Assembly: GCA_017449935.1 (NCBI GenBank)
Contig: JAFSYP010000066.1
Location: forward strand, 2,934-66,933
Length of the DNA stretch: 64,000 bases
Direction of reading: 5' to 3'
DNA from: Clostridia bacterium
GTDB lineage: Bacteria > Bacillota > Clostridia > Oscillospirales > Acutalibacteraceae
The position numbers were made by a program, and so were the translations under genes. The notes beneath the pieces were generated by a model. The model was not told where the DNA came from, searched no databases, and saw nothing but the letters and a program-made list of their open reading frames with translations. Below, in pieces: positions 9,847-20,271 of this stretch (its first letter is position 1; each line of letters begins with the position of its first letter).

Positions 9847-11262
9847 TTATTCCGTTTTCCAGTAGGTCAGCTCACTGTCGTCAAGGCCGATCTCTTTGGC
9901 GACGAAGATCGGGTTTTTGCCGCTCTTCTTTTGGCGTTCATAATCACGCAGCGCCTTTACGACCGTGCCGGAAAGGATCAGACAGCAGGGGATATTGATG
10001 AGCGTCATGCCGCCCATGGTGATGTCCGCCGCGGTCCACGCAAAATCCATCGGTACGATCGCGCCGAGAAAGATGATGACCGTGCAGATGACGTAGAAGC
10101 CGGTCATGAATTTTTTGGACGGCTGTTTTTTCTTGTTCATAAAGGCGAGGGCGTTGTCCACGTAATACAGATTGCCGATCAGCGTCGTGAAGGCGAACAG
10201 CACCATCGCGACGGTAATGAAGATCGGTCCCGCTTTTCCGAACACGGTGGAGATCGCGTTCTGCACATACGGCGCGCCGGATACAGACGCATTGTACGGC
10301 GTGCCGGAGGACAGGCACATCAGCGCCGTGGCGGTGCACAGGAGCATCGTGTCGATATATACAGATATGGTCTGCACAAGCCCCTGCTTCACGGGATGCG
10401 AAACGTGCGCCGAAGCGGACGCGTTGGGCGCGGAGCCGACGCCGGCTTCGTTGGAATACAGACCTCTCTTGACGCCGTAGACCATGCACGAGCCGGCGAT
10501 TCCGCCGAAGATCGCTTTGAAATCGAACGCGTCCTTGAAGATCAGCGCGAACATGGCCGGGATGTTTTTGATATGGCAGAAAATGACGACCAGGGAGATC
10601 AGCACGTAGGAAATGCCCATCGCGGGCACGATCTTTTCCGTGATACGGATGATCCGCTTGCCGCCGCCCAGCAGGCAGTAGCCGACCGCGACGGCCAGGA
10701 TCGCGCCGACGATATACGGGGTTTTGACTGCGTCGTAGAACGAATACGCCGAGAAGGTGGACTGCAGGTTATATGAGCACAGCAGATTGAAGCCGAACGC
10801 GTAGGTCGCGATCAGAAACACGCAGAACACGACGGCGAGCCAGGGCTGTTTCAAAGCGTGCTCGATATAGTAGGCGGGGCCGCCGTAGGAATTGCCGTCG
10901 TCGCCTTTGCGCTTGTAGATCTGCGCGAGCGTGCTTTCCATAAACGCGGACGACGCGCCGATGACGCACATCAGCCACATCCAGAAGCACGCGCCCGGTC
11001 CGCCGAGACAGATCGCGGTGGCGACGCCGACGATGTTGCCCGTGCCGACGCGCGAAGCGGTCGAGACCATCAGCGCCTGAAAAGAGGACACCTTGCTGTC
11101 CGCCGCTTTCTCGCCGATCAGCTTGCACGCTTCCCCGAACAGACGGATCTGCACGAAGCGCGTGCGGAATGTGAAGAACAACCCGCCCGCGGCGAGAATG
11201 ATGATGAGCACGGGGTAATACATGTACCCGTCCACTTTGTTGAAAAACGTCAGAATATCCAT
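9847..11262 (-). CDS. Alanine/glycine:cation symporter (AGCS family, sodium:alanine symporter)
   Basis: The signature STASRVGTGNIVGVATAI is present, in a multi-pass membrane protein of 471 aa. Confidence 0.9.
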   Translation of the reverse strand: MDILTFFNKVDGYMYYPVLIIILAAGGLFFTFRTRFVQIRLFGEACKLIGEKAADSKVSSFQALMVSTASRVGTGNIVGVATAICLGGPGACFWMWLMCVIGASSAFMESTLAQIYKRKGDDGNSYGGPAYYIEHALKQPWLAVVFCVFLIATYAFGFNLLCSYNLQSTFSAYSFYDAVKTPYIVGAILAVAVGYCLLGGGKRIIRITEKIVPAMGISYVLISLVVIFCHIKNIPAMFALIFKDAFDFKAIFGGIAGSCMVYGVKRGLYSNEAGVGSAPNASASAHVSHPVKQGLVQTISVYIDTMLLCTATALMCLSSGTPYNASVSGAPYVQNAISTVFGKAGPIFITVAMVLFAFTTLIGNLYYVDNALAFMNKKKQPSKKFMTGFYVICTVIIFLGAIVPMDFAWTAADITMGGMTLINIPCCLILSGTVVKALRDYERQKKSGKNPIFVAKEIGLDDSELTYWKTE

Positions 11263-11294
11263 AGGCGTCGGCCCCTCCTGTATGTTGTTGTTTC

Positions 11295-11323
11295 AGTATA
11301 CCACGCTTGGGAGGCTCCCGCAA
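11295..11323 (-). promoter_or_regulatory. Promoter candidate for the AGCS gene (TTGCGG-17-TATACT, extended -10)
   Basis: On the minus strand the sequence reads TTGCGGgagcctcccaagcgTGgTATACT. The leader to the ATG is too short to hold a glycine riboswitch. Confidence 0.4.
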
Positions 11324-11439
11324 CAGCGGAAGTGTTTTTTGCTTTACACCCTCATGCAAGACGAAAAACGGTCGGTTCTCTCAACGAGTCAACGACCTGT
11401 TCCGGAAAGCGCAGACCGGCGGTTTCGATGTGCGCGCTG

Positions 11440-13896
11440 TTACTCTGTGAACAGGACGACCGGACCGTACAGTCCGCCGGACGCAGAATCCTTCGCATAC
11501 GCTTTCTCCGCGGCAAAATACGGCGACAATTCCCTGTCGTTCCATTTGTCAAAGTAATCGGTGTGTGTGTACCAATTGGCGGACGTGTTCGTCACGACGA
11601 TTTTCAGCGCGTTCGTTTGCGCCAGTAGACCGCCGGGGATTCTAAAGCGGAACGGAAGCATAAAGGCGGTCCCCAAAGAGCTGCCGTTCAGATATACGCT
11701 TGCCGCAAAGTGTACGTCGCCGAGATCCAGCAGCCCTGCTTTTTCGATCATTTCGGCGGGAATCGTGAATTCTGTTTCGTAAACGGCGCTTCCCGAGTAC
11801 GCGCTGCCGATCTGTCCGGCCCAATCTCCGAGGTCGACGGGGATCGACTTGTCGGAATGCTCGATATTCCGGAACCCGTTTTCATCACAGGCAAGTTCAA
11901 GATCTTTACGCAGCCGGAACCCGTTCGATATCCCGAACCTTTCTCCGTATTCTTTCAGGCTTTCCGCGCGCAGCTTTTCGTCTGTCAGCAGAATCACGGC
12001 CGTTTCTCCGAGCGCAAGAGAGAGCGTCAGTACGCCGTCTTCAGCTTCAAAACGCTGCAGCGTGCCGTTCAGAAGCTCCGGCAAATAGCCGCTTGACGCA
12101 GGCAGATGAATGCGATACAGTCCGCTTTCGCCCGCCGCACGGAACAGACAGAACAATTCGACGCCTTCCGCCGTCCTGTGCATGACGCGCAGGCCTTCTC
12201 CCTCCACGTCCAGATCCGGCGACACGCCCGAAAGGTCATGAGATACGTTGCCGCCGCCCTGCACGAAACGACGCAGGATCTTTTGAATGCTCGGCGGGAC
12301 ACAGGCGTTCGGGGGAATGATCAGACGCCGGTAGGCTGCGCGTCCGATGCGTAAAACGCCGCGGCCGACGTTTTGGGCGGCTTCGATCGCGTCGTCGTCC
12401 ACAATATCAAACGCTATCATCCGCTCTTCCAGCGCCCTGCCGAGCGTCTCGAATGTCGCGGCCATATGTTCCGCGTTCAGACCGCCCTGCAGATCGCCGA
12501 CCGGATAATACAGCCCGGTTTCGCAGACGCACTCTCCGACCGTCGATACGTAGGACAGCCGTTCCAGATAGCGGTTAAACTGCGGGAGAAACCGGCAATA
12601 CGGCTGTGCTTGCGTAAATACGGGCAGCTCCTGCGCAAGATACGCGCCGTGGCGACCGAGCGGGAAATTAAACAAATTGAAGATATTGACGCCTTGAACA
12701 GCCAGATGCCCCGCGACATAGCGCATGACGTCATACGTCAGTCCCGGGCCTGCCACGCCGAAGATCTCAGCCATCGCCTGTTTCGTCCCGTTCTGCGCGG
12801 CGGCCGAGGATGCGTATCTCGGGAAAAATCCGTTGTATGCGTTCATGTCGTCCGCGGCTTCTGCCTGACCTTCGGGATAGATCTGCCGCCAGATCACGTC
12901 AACGCCCGGAATATCAAAGCAGCGCAGCGCACGCATCAGATGGAAGTTCCGGCCGCCGCGGACACAGCCGAGTGGATCGTGGTCCTTGTCCAGATGCCCG
13001 GTGAAAGCCATGCCGTGATCGTTTGCCCATGCTTTGCACGGGAGAAGATAGTGCGCGCAGAACATTCGACTGCACAGATCATTCCAACGCCGCAATACGT
13101 GTACCGTATCCGGCGTCGGCGATACTCTTTGCGCGAGCAGCGGCAGATACGGCAACACGGACTCGCCGTACAGCTCCTGGTATTCGTCGGCAAGCTCTTT
13201 GCTCCACGGTCTGCACGGCGCTTTCGGCTCGTCCGTAAAGACGGCCGTGACGGTCCGGCCGAGCAGATCCGGCATCGCGGCGGCGTATTGTTCGTGGGTG
13301 ATTTTGATATAATACTCCGTTGCATTTTTATTAAGCAGATCCGGATAGTCCGCGGCGCCGTGGATCTCCCGGTCTGTCCCGTACTCCGTCACGACGGCGT
13401 CTGCGACGAATATATATCCGTCGGAGATCATTTCCCTGTCCCGCAGGAAAGCAGCCGAAACGTCCGGCGATGATTTTCGGTAAACGTCTCCTGCGCAGAA
13501 AATGCGTTCGGACGCTTTCAATACCTGTCGGGCATATTCGGGGTGCGCGCGCAAAACCGCGCCGCAGGCACCGCCGGAAGGCCATCCGCCCTCGTCGTAG
13601 ATCCAGCAGCGCATTCCGCGCTTTTTCCCTTGCTCGACCGCGTACGCGCAGAGCGCAAAATAGTCCGCGGAAAGATAGTCGGGCGTAAGGTTCGTGGGCA
13701 TGCTGTCCGGCCGGAATTCTTTCGGCTCCGGGAGAATGTAGAACGCCCGTATGCCGAGCCGCTGCATTTCCGACAGCTGATCGTCTATCCGTTCGGTCGT
13801 GCATGTGTCGTTCCATACCCAAATGAATACGGGGGCGAAGGAAACGTCCGGGGACAGGAAACGGTCCATTTCAAATTTAGAAAATTCATTCATCAT
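11440..13896 (-). CDS. Glycoside hydrolase with a C-terminal jelly-roll sugar-binding domain (family uncertain, GH106/GH2-like)
   Basis: The ORF is 818 aa. The N-terminal part looks like a TIM barrel, and the C-terminal segment VYLNGSSLGTAFMLPFRFRI...ALKIVVTNTSANW resembles a galactose-binding-like fold. Confidence 0.75.
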   Translation of the reverse strand: MMNEFSKFEMDRFLSPDVSFAPVFIWVWNDTCTTERIDDQLSEMQRLGIRAFYILPEPKEFRPDSMPTNLTPDYLSADYFALCAYAVEQGKKRGMRCWIYDEGGWPSGGACGAVLRAHPEYARQVLKASERIFCAGDVYRKSSPDVSAAFLRDREMISDGYIFVADAVVTEYGTDREIHGAADYPDLLNKNATEYYIKITHEQYAAAMPDLLGRTVTAVFTDEPKAPCRPWSKELADEYQELYGESVLPYLPLLAQRVSPTPDTVHVLRRWNDLCSRMFCAHYLLPCKAWANDHGMAFTGHLDKDHDPLGCVRGGRNFHLMRALRCFDIPGVDVIWRQIYPEGQAEAADDMNAYNGFFPRYASSAAAQNGTKQAMAEIFGVAGPGLTYDVMRYVAGHLAVQGVNIFNLFNFPLGRHGAYLAQELPVFTQAQPYCRFLPQFNRYLERLSYVSTVGECVCETGLYYPVGDLQGGLNAEHMAATFETLGRALEERMIAFDIVDDDAIEAAQNVGRGVLRIGRAAYRRLIIPPNACVPPSIQKILRRFVQGGGNVSHDLSGVSPDLDVEGEGLRVMHRTAEGVELFCLFRAAGESGLYRIHLPASSGYLPELLNGTLQRFEAEDGVLTLSLALGETAVILLTDEKLRAESLKEYGERFGISNGFRLRKDLELACDENGFRNIEHSDKSIPVDLGDWAGQIGSAYSGSAVYETEFTIPAEMIEKAGLLDLGDVHFAASVYLNGSSLGTAFMLPFRFRIPGGLLAQTNALKIVVTNTSANWYTHTDYFDKWNDRELSPYFAAEKAYAKDSASGGLYGPVVLFTE

Positions 13897-13914
13897 ACGG
13901 CTGTTCCTTTTTCA

Positions 13915-15093
13915 TCAGATGTCAGGGTTGTATCTGCCCTGCTTTTTCAACTGCCGGATAAAGAGCTTCAGCGTTGTGACCATGACCGCGTAGAGCGCCG
14001 CGAGCAGAACCGGATAGACCTGAATGCCGAACAGTCTGCTCAGAAGGCTGACCATAGGCGGCGCCAGCATCACGCCGATATAGGCGAACGCGATCTGCGA
14101 GCCCATAACGGATTGAGACGCCTTTTTTCCGAAATTGTGCGGCGTCAGGTGGATCATGTTCGGATAGACAGACCCGTTGCCCAAACCGATCAGAAACAAT
14201 CCCGCCACAGAAACGGCGCCGGGCAGAGGCAGAAGCATCAGGACGACCGCAGGCGCGAGGATCGCCGTACCGATCCCGATCCGTTTCCATGTGCGCACCT
14301 TATCGGAAAGCAATCCGGAAAGAAAACGTCCGATCGACATGCCGGCGTAATAGACCGTCAGGGCAAGCGCGCCGTGTTTTACCTGAAACCCTTTTTCCGT
14401 TACAAGATATGTGCTCCCCCAGACGCCGCAGGCGTATTCGATCGCATTTGTCACCAGCATGATGATCCATACCAGCCGAACGTCTGTCCTTTTGGCCATC
14501 TGCAAAAGAGTGAGATTCACAGCGCTTTTTTCATCGGCCTGCCCGTTTTCGGCGGCCTTTTTCCACAGGGGGACGGACACGATCAACAACAGCGCGATTG
14601 CCGCCTGCACATAGAACGCATATCGGTAACCGCTTCGCCAGCCTGCGTCGTTCAGCGCCCGCGCCATCAGGTAAGGGCTGAGCGTCACGCCCACGCCGTA
14701 AAAACAATGCAGAAAATTCATATGGCTTGCCTTAAAGTGGAGCGCGACGTAATTGTTCAGTCCGGAGTCGATCGCGCCGGCGCCCAGCCCGAGCAGCGCC
14801 GCCAGCGGCACCATCAGGACAAAAGACGAAGCCGCGGAAAACCCGAACAAGGCCGCCGCGGTCAGGACCGTACTGAAGGCTGTCACTTTTGCCGTTCCGA
14901 GTTTATTGAGGATCCTCGCGCTGAACATACTGGACAGCACCGTGCAGCCGGAAATCAGAAGGGTGAGCATGCTTACGGCTTCCACGGGAACGCCCATTTC
15001 CGCATGGATCGCCGGCCAGGCAGAGCCGATGAGAGAATCCGGAACGCCGAGACCGATAAACGCTGCGTAAATCACAATCAACAAACAGACCAT
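13915..15093 (-). CDS. MFS transporter
   Basis: It is a 392-aa protein of about 12 transmembrane helices with MFS-like loops. Confidence 0.85.
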   Translation of the reverse strand: MVCLLIVIYAAFIGLGVPDSLIGSAWPAIHAEMGVPVEAVSMLTLLISGCTVLSSMFSARILNKLGTAKVTAFSTVLTAAALFGFSAASSFVLMVPLAALLGLGAGAIDSGLNNYVALHFKASHMNFLHCFYGVGVTLSPYLMARALNDAGWRSGYRYAFYVQAAIALLLIVSVPLWKKAAENGQADEKSAVNLTLLQMAKRTDVRLVWIIMLVTNAIEYACGVWGSTYLVTEKGFQVKHGALALTVYYAGMSIGRFLSGLLSDKVRTWKRIGIGTAILAPAVVLMLLPLPGAVSVAGLFLIGLGNGSVYPNMIHLTPHNFGKKASQSVMGSQIAFAYIGVMLAPPMVSLLSRLFGIQVYPVLLAALYAVMVTTLKLFIRQLKKQGRYNPDI

Positions 15094-15222
15094 AAAACCA
15101 CCGTGTATTTCTCATGTCGATTTCAGTATTCGTGTTTCAATTCGTACAGTTCAGTATACCACACTCTGTTCGATCCCACAATAACGAAAAAACAAATTCC
15201 GAGGATTATTTCAGGAAATGCA

Positions 15223-15251
15223 TTGACACCGTGTCAACGGCCTGTTATGCT
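15223..15251 (+). promoter_or_regulatory. Promoter candidate (TTGACA-17-TATGCT, TG-extended) with a 15-bp palindrome over the -35
   Basis: TTGACAC-C-GTGTCAA (15223-15237) is a perfect 7+1+7 palindrome that overlaps the -35 hexamer. TATGCT lies at 15246-15251. The ADH start codon is about 125 nt downstream. Confidence 0.45.
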
Positions 15252-15382
15252 GTGATCGTTGACGTCGCGTCAGGGCGGCGGCTTCGATAATTGCAGAGGA
15301 GAGGACCGCACTGTTCCAGAGGATGACGGCACTGATCTGCGATTATCTTTTGAAAGTAATAGAATACACGGAGGTAACAACC

Positions 15383-16555
15383 ATGATCGGCAGCTTCACC
15401 TATCACACGCCCACAACGCTCTATTTCGGAAAGGACGCGATCAAAGACCTGCCCGGCGTGATCGCGCAGTTCGGCAAAAACGTGCTTCTGACCTACGGCG
15501 GCGGTTCCGTCAAAAAGATAGGCCTTTATGACAGAGTCAAGGAATTGCTTCGGGATTTTAACATCGTGGAGCTTTCGGGGATCGAGCCGAACCCGAAATA
15601 CGATCCGTCCGTCCTCGCCGGCGCAAAGCTGTGCAAAGAAAATGACGTCGACGTGATCCTCGCCGTCGGCGGCGGTTCGGTGCTGGACTGCTCCAAGGCG
15701 ATCTCCGTCTGCGCAAAGTACGACGGCGAAGGCTGGGATCTGATCTCCGGCAAGGTCAAGGCGCAGGCCGCGATCCCGATCGTCGATATCATCACGCTTG
15801 CCGCAACAGGCAGCGAGTACGACATGGGCTGCGTGATCTCCAATACGGCGATCTCTGACAAACGCGGCTATCTGGACGAACTGCTGTATCCCGCGGCGTC
15901 GTTCCTCGACCCGGAATACACATACAGCGTCAGCAAGTGGCAGACCGCCTGCGGCACGGCGGACGCGATCAACCATGTGCTCGAGCAGTTCTTCGCAAGT
16001 CCGCATTCGATGTTCAACGACGGCGTCATGATCTCCGCGCTGCGCTCTTTGATGACGAACGTCAAGGTCGCGCTGGAAAAGCCGGACGATTACGCCGCCC
16101 GGAGCGAGCTGATGTATGTGTGCAGCTGGGGCTGCAACGGCATCCTCGCCAACGGCGCCGGTTATTCCGGCTGGCCGATGCATTCCATCGAGCACGCGCT
16201 CAGCGCCTATTTCGACATCACGCACGGCGCGGGATTGGCGATCATCACGCCGCGCTGGATGAAAGAGATCCTCTCCGAAAGAACGGTCGAACGGTTCGTT
16301 ACGCTCGGCACGGGACTGTTTGGCTTTGACAAGGCGCTTCCCGATTTTTCGATCGCAGACAAGGTCATCGACGGATTCTATGCGTTCTTCGAGTCGATCG
16401 GCATCCCGATGCATCTTGCTGAGCTCGGCGTGAAAGCGGACGCGATCGAAGACATGGCGGATCATATCCTCGCAAACGACAACACGAACGAGCCGTGGAT
16501 GTTCGCCCCGATCGGCAAAGACGCGCTGATCCGCATTCTGACCGAGAGCATGTAA
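15383..16555 (+). CDS. Iron-containing alcohol dehydrogenase (butanol/1,3-propanediol dehydrogenase-like)
   Basis: I chose the ATG at 15383 as the start, preceded by GGAGG. Fe-ADH motifs GGGSVLD and the His cluster are present. Confidence 0.9.
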   Translation: MIGSFTYHTPTTLYFGKDAIKDLPGVIAQFGKNVLLTYGGGSVKKIGLYDRVKELLRDFNIVELSGIEPNPKYDPSVLAGAKLCKENDVDVILAVGGGSVLDCSKAISVCAKYDGEGWDLISGKVKAQAAIPIVDIITLAATGSEYDMGCVISNTAISDKRGYLDELLYPAASFLDPEYTYSVSKWQTACGTADAINHVLEQFFASPHSMFNDGVMISALRSLMTNVKVALEKPDDYAARSELMYVCSWGCNGILANGAGYSGWPMHSIEHALSAYFDITHGAGLAIITPRWMKEILSERTVERFVTLGTGLFGFDKALPDFSIADKVIDGFYAFFESIGIPMHLAELGVKADAIEDMADHILANDNTNEPWMFAPIGKDALIRILTESM

Positions 16556-16758
16556 AGAGAAGGCGGGAAAACGGAAAAACACGGATCGCGTTCTTTCCCG
16601 GAGCGGATGAAAGCTGCTTCACGGCGGATGGGACATGATCTTGCCGGTATAACTCGGCATGAACTCAACCGGCATGGTCGGACCGTCAACAGAATCCGCT
16701 TGCGGGACTTCCAATTCCGCGCGGTCTGTGCTATAATACGGCAGGGGAGGCGATATCG

Positions 16759-17937
16759 TTGAAACGATTCAAGGACTTATTATCCCGGCCGTGGGCGGCG
16801 TATACCTTCGCGGCCTGCAGCGCGGTGATCCTGTATATGCTGCTTGGCCATCTTTCCGTCCTTATGGGCTGGTTCGCGTCCCTGTGGAAGCTGCTTTCAC
16901 CCGTGGTCATCGGGATCATCGTGGCATATTTGATGAATCCCGTGTCGGATTTCTTTGAGTTCCGCGTTTTCAAAAAGCTGAAAAAGCCGGGCGCGGCGCA
17001 TTTGTGGGCCGTCATCATGACGGTGGTGTGTCTGATATTGGTTTTGATTATCCTTCTGGCGGCGCTTATTCCCTCGCTGGCCAAAAGCGTGAGCAAGCTG
17101 ATCTCCAACTGGGACGAATATACGCAAAAGGCGCAGGAGCTGATCGTGCGCGTCTCCGCCTTTGCCGCGGGCAAAAACATCAACGTGGACCTTTCAAGGC
17201 TGTCCGCCGCGGTGGATAACGCCATGACCGATTTGGTGCGCTTTTTGAAAAACAACTCCAAGACCATCCTTTCCACGCTGGGTACCGTAGGCAGCAGCGT
17301 GTCCAATTTTGCCGTCGGCATCCTCTTCGGCGTCTGCTTCCTCGTGGCGGAAAACAGTCTGGTCACGGTTCTGGCCAAGGTTCGCGCCCTGCTTTTCAAA
17401 AAAGAACGGCTGGACCGCAACAACGAGCTTTGGCGGCGCTTCAACAAGGTTTTTCTCCGCTATGTGGGCTGCACATTGTTGGATGCGCTGATCATCGGCG
17501 TGGGCGTGCTGATCTTCACGCTGATCATGGGTATGCCCTATGCGGGGCTGATCGCCGTCATGTGCGCGCTGACCAACATCATCCCCACCGTCGGCCCTAT
17601 GATCGGCAACGCGATCGGGGTATTCTTCCTGATATTGGATAAACCGCTCAACGCGCTTTGGTTCTTCATTTTTTGCTGCGTCTGGCAGAGCATTGACGGC
17701 ATGGTCATCAAGCCGCGCCTGTTCAAGGATTCGCTCGGTATTCCCGCCGTCTGGACTTTGGTGCTCATCATTCTGGGCGGCAAGATCGCCGGCATTCTCG
17801 GAATCCTGCTCGCCATCCCGCTGGCCGCGATCTTTGTGATCTTTTATCAGGAGGTCATTTCTCCGCGCATCGACCGGCGCATCGCCAAGCTCAACAGGGA
17901 AGAAGAAACGCCGGACCATGCGGGATCGCCGGACTGA
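16759..17937 (+). CDS. AI-2E family transporter (PerM/UPF0118)
   Basis: The ORF has a TTG start preceded by GGGGAGG. It is a multi-pass membrane protein with a typical AI-2E C-terminal region. Confidence 0.85.
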   Translation: MKRFKDLLSRPWAAYTFAACSAVILYMLLGHLSVLMGWFASLWKLLSPVVIGIIVAYLMNPVSDFFEFRVFKKLKKPGAAHLWAVIMTVVCLILVLIILLAALIPSLAKSVSKLISNWDEYTQKAQELIVRVSAFAAGKNINVDLSRLSAAVDNAMTDLVRFLKNNSKTILSTLGTVGSSVSNFAVGILFGVCFLVAENSLVTVLAKVRALLFKKERLDRNNELWRRFNKVFLRYVGCTLLDALIIGVGVLIFTLIMGMPYAGLIAVMCALTNIIPTVGPMIGNAIGVFFLILDKPLNALWFFIFCCVWQSIDGMVIKPRLFKDSLGIPAVWTLVLIILGGKIAGILGILLAIPLAAIFVIFYQEVISPRIDRRIAKLNREEETPDHAGSPD

Positions 17938-17963
17938 ACGGCCGGCCGGATAGGAATTAACCA

Positions 17964-18713
17964 ATGAACGAGAAACAAAAAACATGGATTCTGCGCATCC
18001 TGATCATTGTCGTGATGGCGACGACTTTCGGCGTATGCGTATACTTGTATCTGCACTTCGGCAAGTCTCTGGTCGAACTGCTCAGAAATACAGACCGCTT
18101 CAAGGCGTGGATCGACGGATTCGGCGTCTGGGGCGTGCTTGTCTTTACGGCGATCCGCGCGCTGCAGACGGTGGCCAAATTCATACCGGCGGAGCCGATG
18201 GAGATCGGCGCCGGGCTGGTATGGGGCGCGTTCGGCGGCTTGCTGCTCTGCCTGCTGGGCAACATGATCGGGACGATCGTCATTCTGCTTATGACGCGTA
18301 AGCTCGGTCTGCGGATCCTCCGGCTGTTTCATCTGGAAAACAAGCTGCAGTCCATGCGCTTTCTGCAGGATCGGGAAAAGCGCAACCGTCTGCTGTTTAT
18401 TTTCTATCTGATCCCCGGAACGCCCAAGGATTCCATGACCTATTTTGTCGGCTGCACGGACGCCAATCTCGTTGAGTTTTTGATATTGTCGTCGATCGCG
18501 CGCATCCCGTCGATCATTTCTTCTACGGTTTGCGGCGCGTTTCTGGGCGCGAGCAATTTTAAGGTCGCCGCGTGCGTGTTCGTGGCGACGGCGCTGCTCA
18601 GCATACCCGGCGCGATCGTGTACAAAAAGATCTCCGCCCGGTACGCAAAGAGTCTCACGCCGACCGACGCCGCCCCGGAACCGGAATCCGGAGACGGACA
18701 GAAAGGCGAATGA
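17964..18713 (+). CDS. TVP38/TMEM64 (DedA/SNARE-associated) family membrane protein
   Basis: It is a 249-aa membrane protein with a ...LIPGTPKD... VTT-domain-like motif. Confidence 0.8.
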   Translation: MNEKQKTWILRILIIVVMATTFGVCVYLYLHFGKSLVELLRNTDRFKAWIDGFGVWGVLVFTAIRALQTVAKFIPAEPMEIGAGLVWGAFGGLLLCLLGNMIGTIVILLMTRKLGLRILRLFHLENKLQSMRFLQDREKRNRLLFIFYLIPGTPKDSMTYFVGCTDANLVEFLILSSIARIPSIISSTVCGAFLGASNFKVAACVFVATALLSIPGAIVYKKISARYAKSLTPTDAAPEPESGDGQKGE

Positions 18714-18716
18714 AGC

Positions 18717-19556
18717 ATGATGAGGATCGTGAATCTGATCGAAAATACAGAAGGCACGAAGGGCTGCGCTTATGCGCACGGGCTTTCCTTTTACATCGAA
18801 ACGGAAAAGCATCGGCTTCTCGTCGATCTCGGGCCTTCGGAAGAAACGCTGCGCAATGCAGAGCGTTTGGGCGTCGACCTGAGAAAGGTTGATACGGTTG
18901 TTCTCAGCCACGGGCATTACGACCATTCCGGCGGCATCTTACCTTTTGCAAAGATCAACGGCAGCGCGGCCATCTATATGCAGAAAACGGCTGCGGCGGC
19001 CTATTACGCCGACGACGGCGAAAGCGGCAGCGCCGGGCGATACAGATACATCGGCATAGATGAAAGGATCACAGACCTCCCTCAGGTCAGGCTGCTCGAC
19101 GGCGATCACACGATCGACGGCGAGCTTTCGCTCTTTGTGATCGGACGTCGGGCGGGCAAGCTGCCTTTCAGCAACGCACGGCTGAAGCGGCGGACAGGCG
19201 GCGCGTATGTGCAGGATGAATTTGACCACGAGCAATTTCTTGTGATCCGCGGCAAACAAGAGCGCATCCTCATTTCCGGCTGCGCCCACAACGGTATTCT
19301 GAATATCCTCAGCGAATGCAAAAGAAAATACGGCACGGGACCCGACGCCGTGATCAGCGGTTTTCATTTGATGAAGAAAACGGATCATACGGCGGCGGAG
19401 ATCCGCGAGATCGAGGAGACCGCATACGCGCTGAAACAGTACGACACGGCGTTTTATACCTGCCACTGTACCGGCTTGCCGGCGTATGATGTCATGAAGC
19501 GCATCATGGGCGACCAACTGCGCTATGTGCATTCGGGCGAGGAAATAATCTGGTGA
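18717..19556 (+). CDS. MBL-fold metallo-hydrolase
   Basis: The HxHxDH motif is present as LSHGHYDHSGG. Confidence 0.8.
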   Translation: MMRIVNLIENTEGTKGCAYAHGLSFYIETEKHRLLVDLGPSEETLRNAERLGVDLRKVDTVVLSHGHYDHSGGILPFAKINGSAAIYMQKTAAAAYYADDGESGSAGRYRYIGIDERITDLPQVRLLDGDHTIDGELSLFVIGRRAGKLPFSNARLKRRTGGAYVQDEFDHEQFLVIRGKQERILISGCAHNGILNILSECKRKYGTGPDAVISGFHLMKKTDHTAAEIREIEETAYALKQYDTAFYTCHCTGLPAYDVMKRIMGDQLRYVHSGEEIIW

Positions 19557-20167
19557 TGAAAATGGAGTTCAATGAAAAACTGCAGAAGCTGCGAACGGAC
19601 GAAAACCTGACGCAGGAGGAGCTTGCCGAAAAGCTGTTTGTTTCCCGTACGGCGATCTCCAAGTGGGAGTCGGGCAGGGGATATCCGAGCATCGACTCTT
19701 TGAAGGCGATCGCAAAATACTTTCATATCACGATCGACGATCTGATCGGCGGTGAAGAAATGGTAACGCTTGCCGAGCAGGACAAAAAGGAATCGGGCAA
19801 AAAGTATACGGCTCTGATCTGCGGGATACTCGACAGTCTTGCCGTTCTGCTGTTCATTCTGCCGATATTCGGCAACGGCGGAACGGGAAGCGTGTCGTCC
19901 GTCGCGTTGTTGTCGTTGACGCAGATCAGCGCTTGGCTCAGGATCGTGCTGCTTGCCGTAACGGGCGTCACCGCGGCCAACGGTTTCTTCGCCGTCGTGA
20001 TCAGCAATTTCGACAAGCCCGAATGGAACCGGCACCGTCTGGTCACGGGCATGGCATTGTCGCTGATCGGCACGGTCGTATTCATTCTCGCAAGACAGCC
20101 GTATGCGGGCGTGTTCAGCCTCTGCCTGCTTGTGATCAAAGGCTTTTTGCTGCTGAAAAGGAAATGA
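19553..20167 (+). CDS. XRE-family HTH regulator with C-terminal transmembrane segments
   Basis: The N-terminus LTQEELAEKLFVSRTAISKWESG is a Cro/C1-type HTH, followed by about 4 hydrophobic helices. The start overlaps the upstream stop codon. Confidence 0.8.
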   Translation: MMKMEFNEKLQKLRTDENLTQEELAEKLFVSRTAISKWESGRGYPSIDSLKAIAKYFHITIDDLIGGEEMVTLAEQDKKESGKKYTALICGILDSLAVLLFILPIFGNGGTGSVSSVALLSLTQISAWLRIVLLAVTGVTAANGFFAVVISNFDKPEWNRHRLVTGMALSLIGTVVFILARQPYAGVFSLCLLVIKGFLLLKRK

Positions 20168-20271
20168 CACGGAGCGTGTCGTCCGTGTGAAAGGGCGTTT
20201 CTTGCAATATCATCCGCCGTATGACAGAATGGCTTTGCGAAATGCGAACGATTTCTGAAAGGATGATATGC

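Noticed and set aside
11263-11439. Possible glycine riboswitch upstream of the alanine/glycine symporter.
   Set aside because: The promoter candidate leaves a leader of only about 30 nt, and I see no GGAGAG...ACCGAAGGGGCAA-type core on the minus strand.
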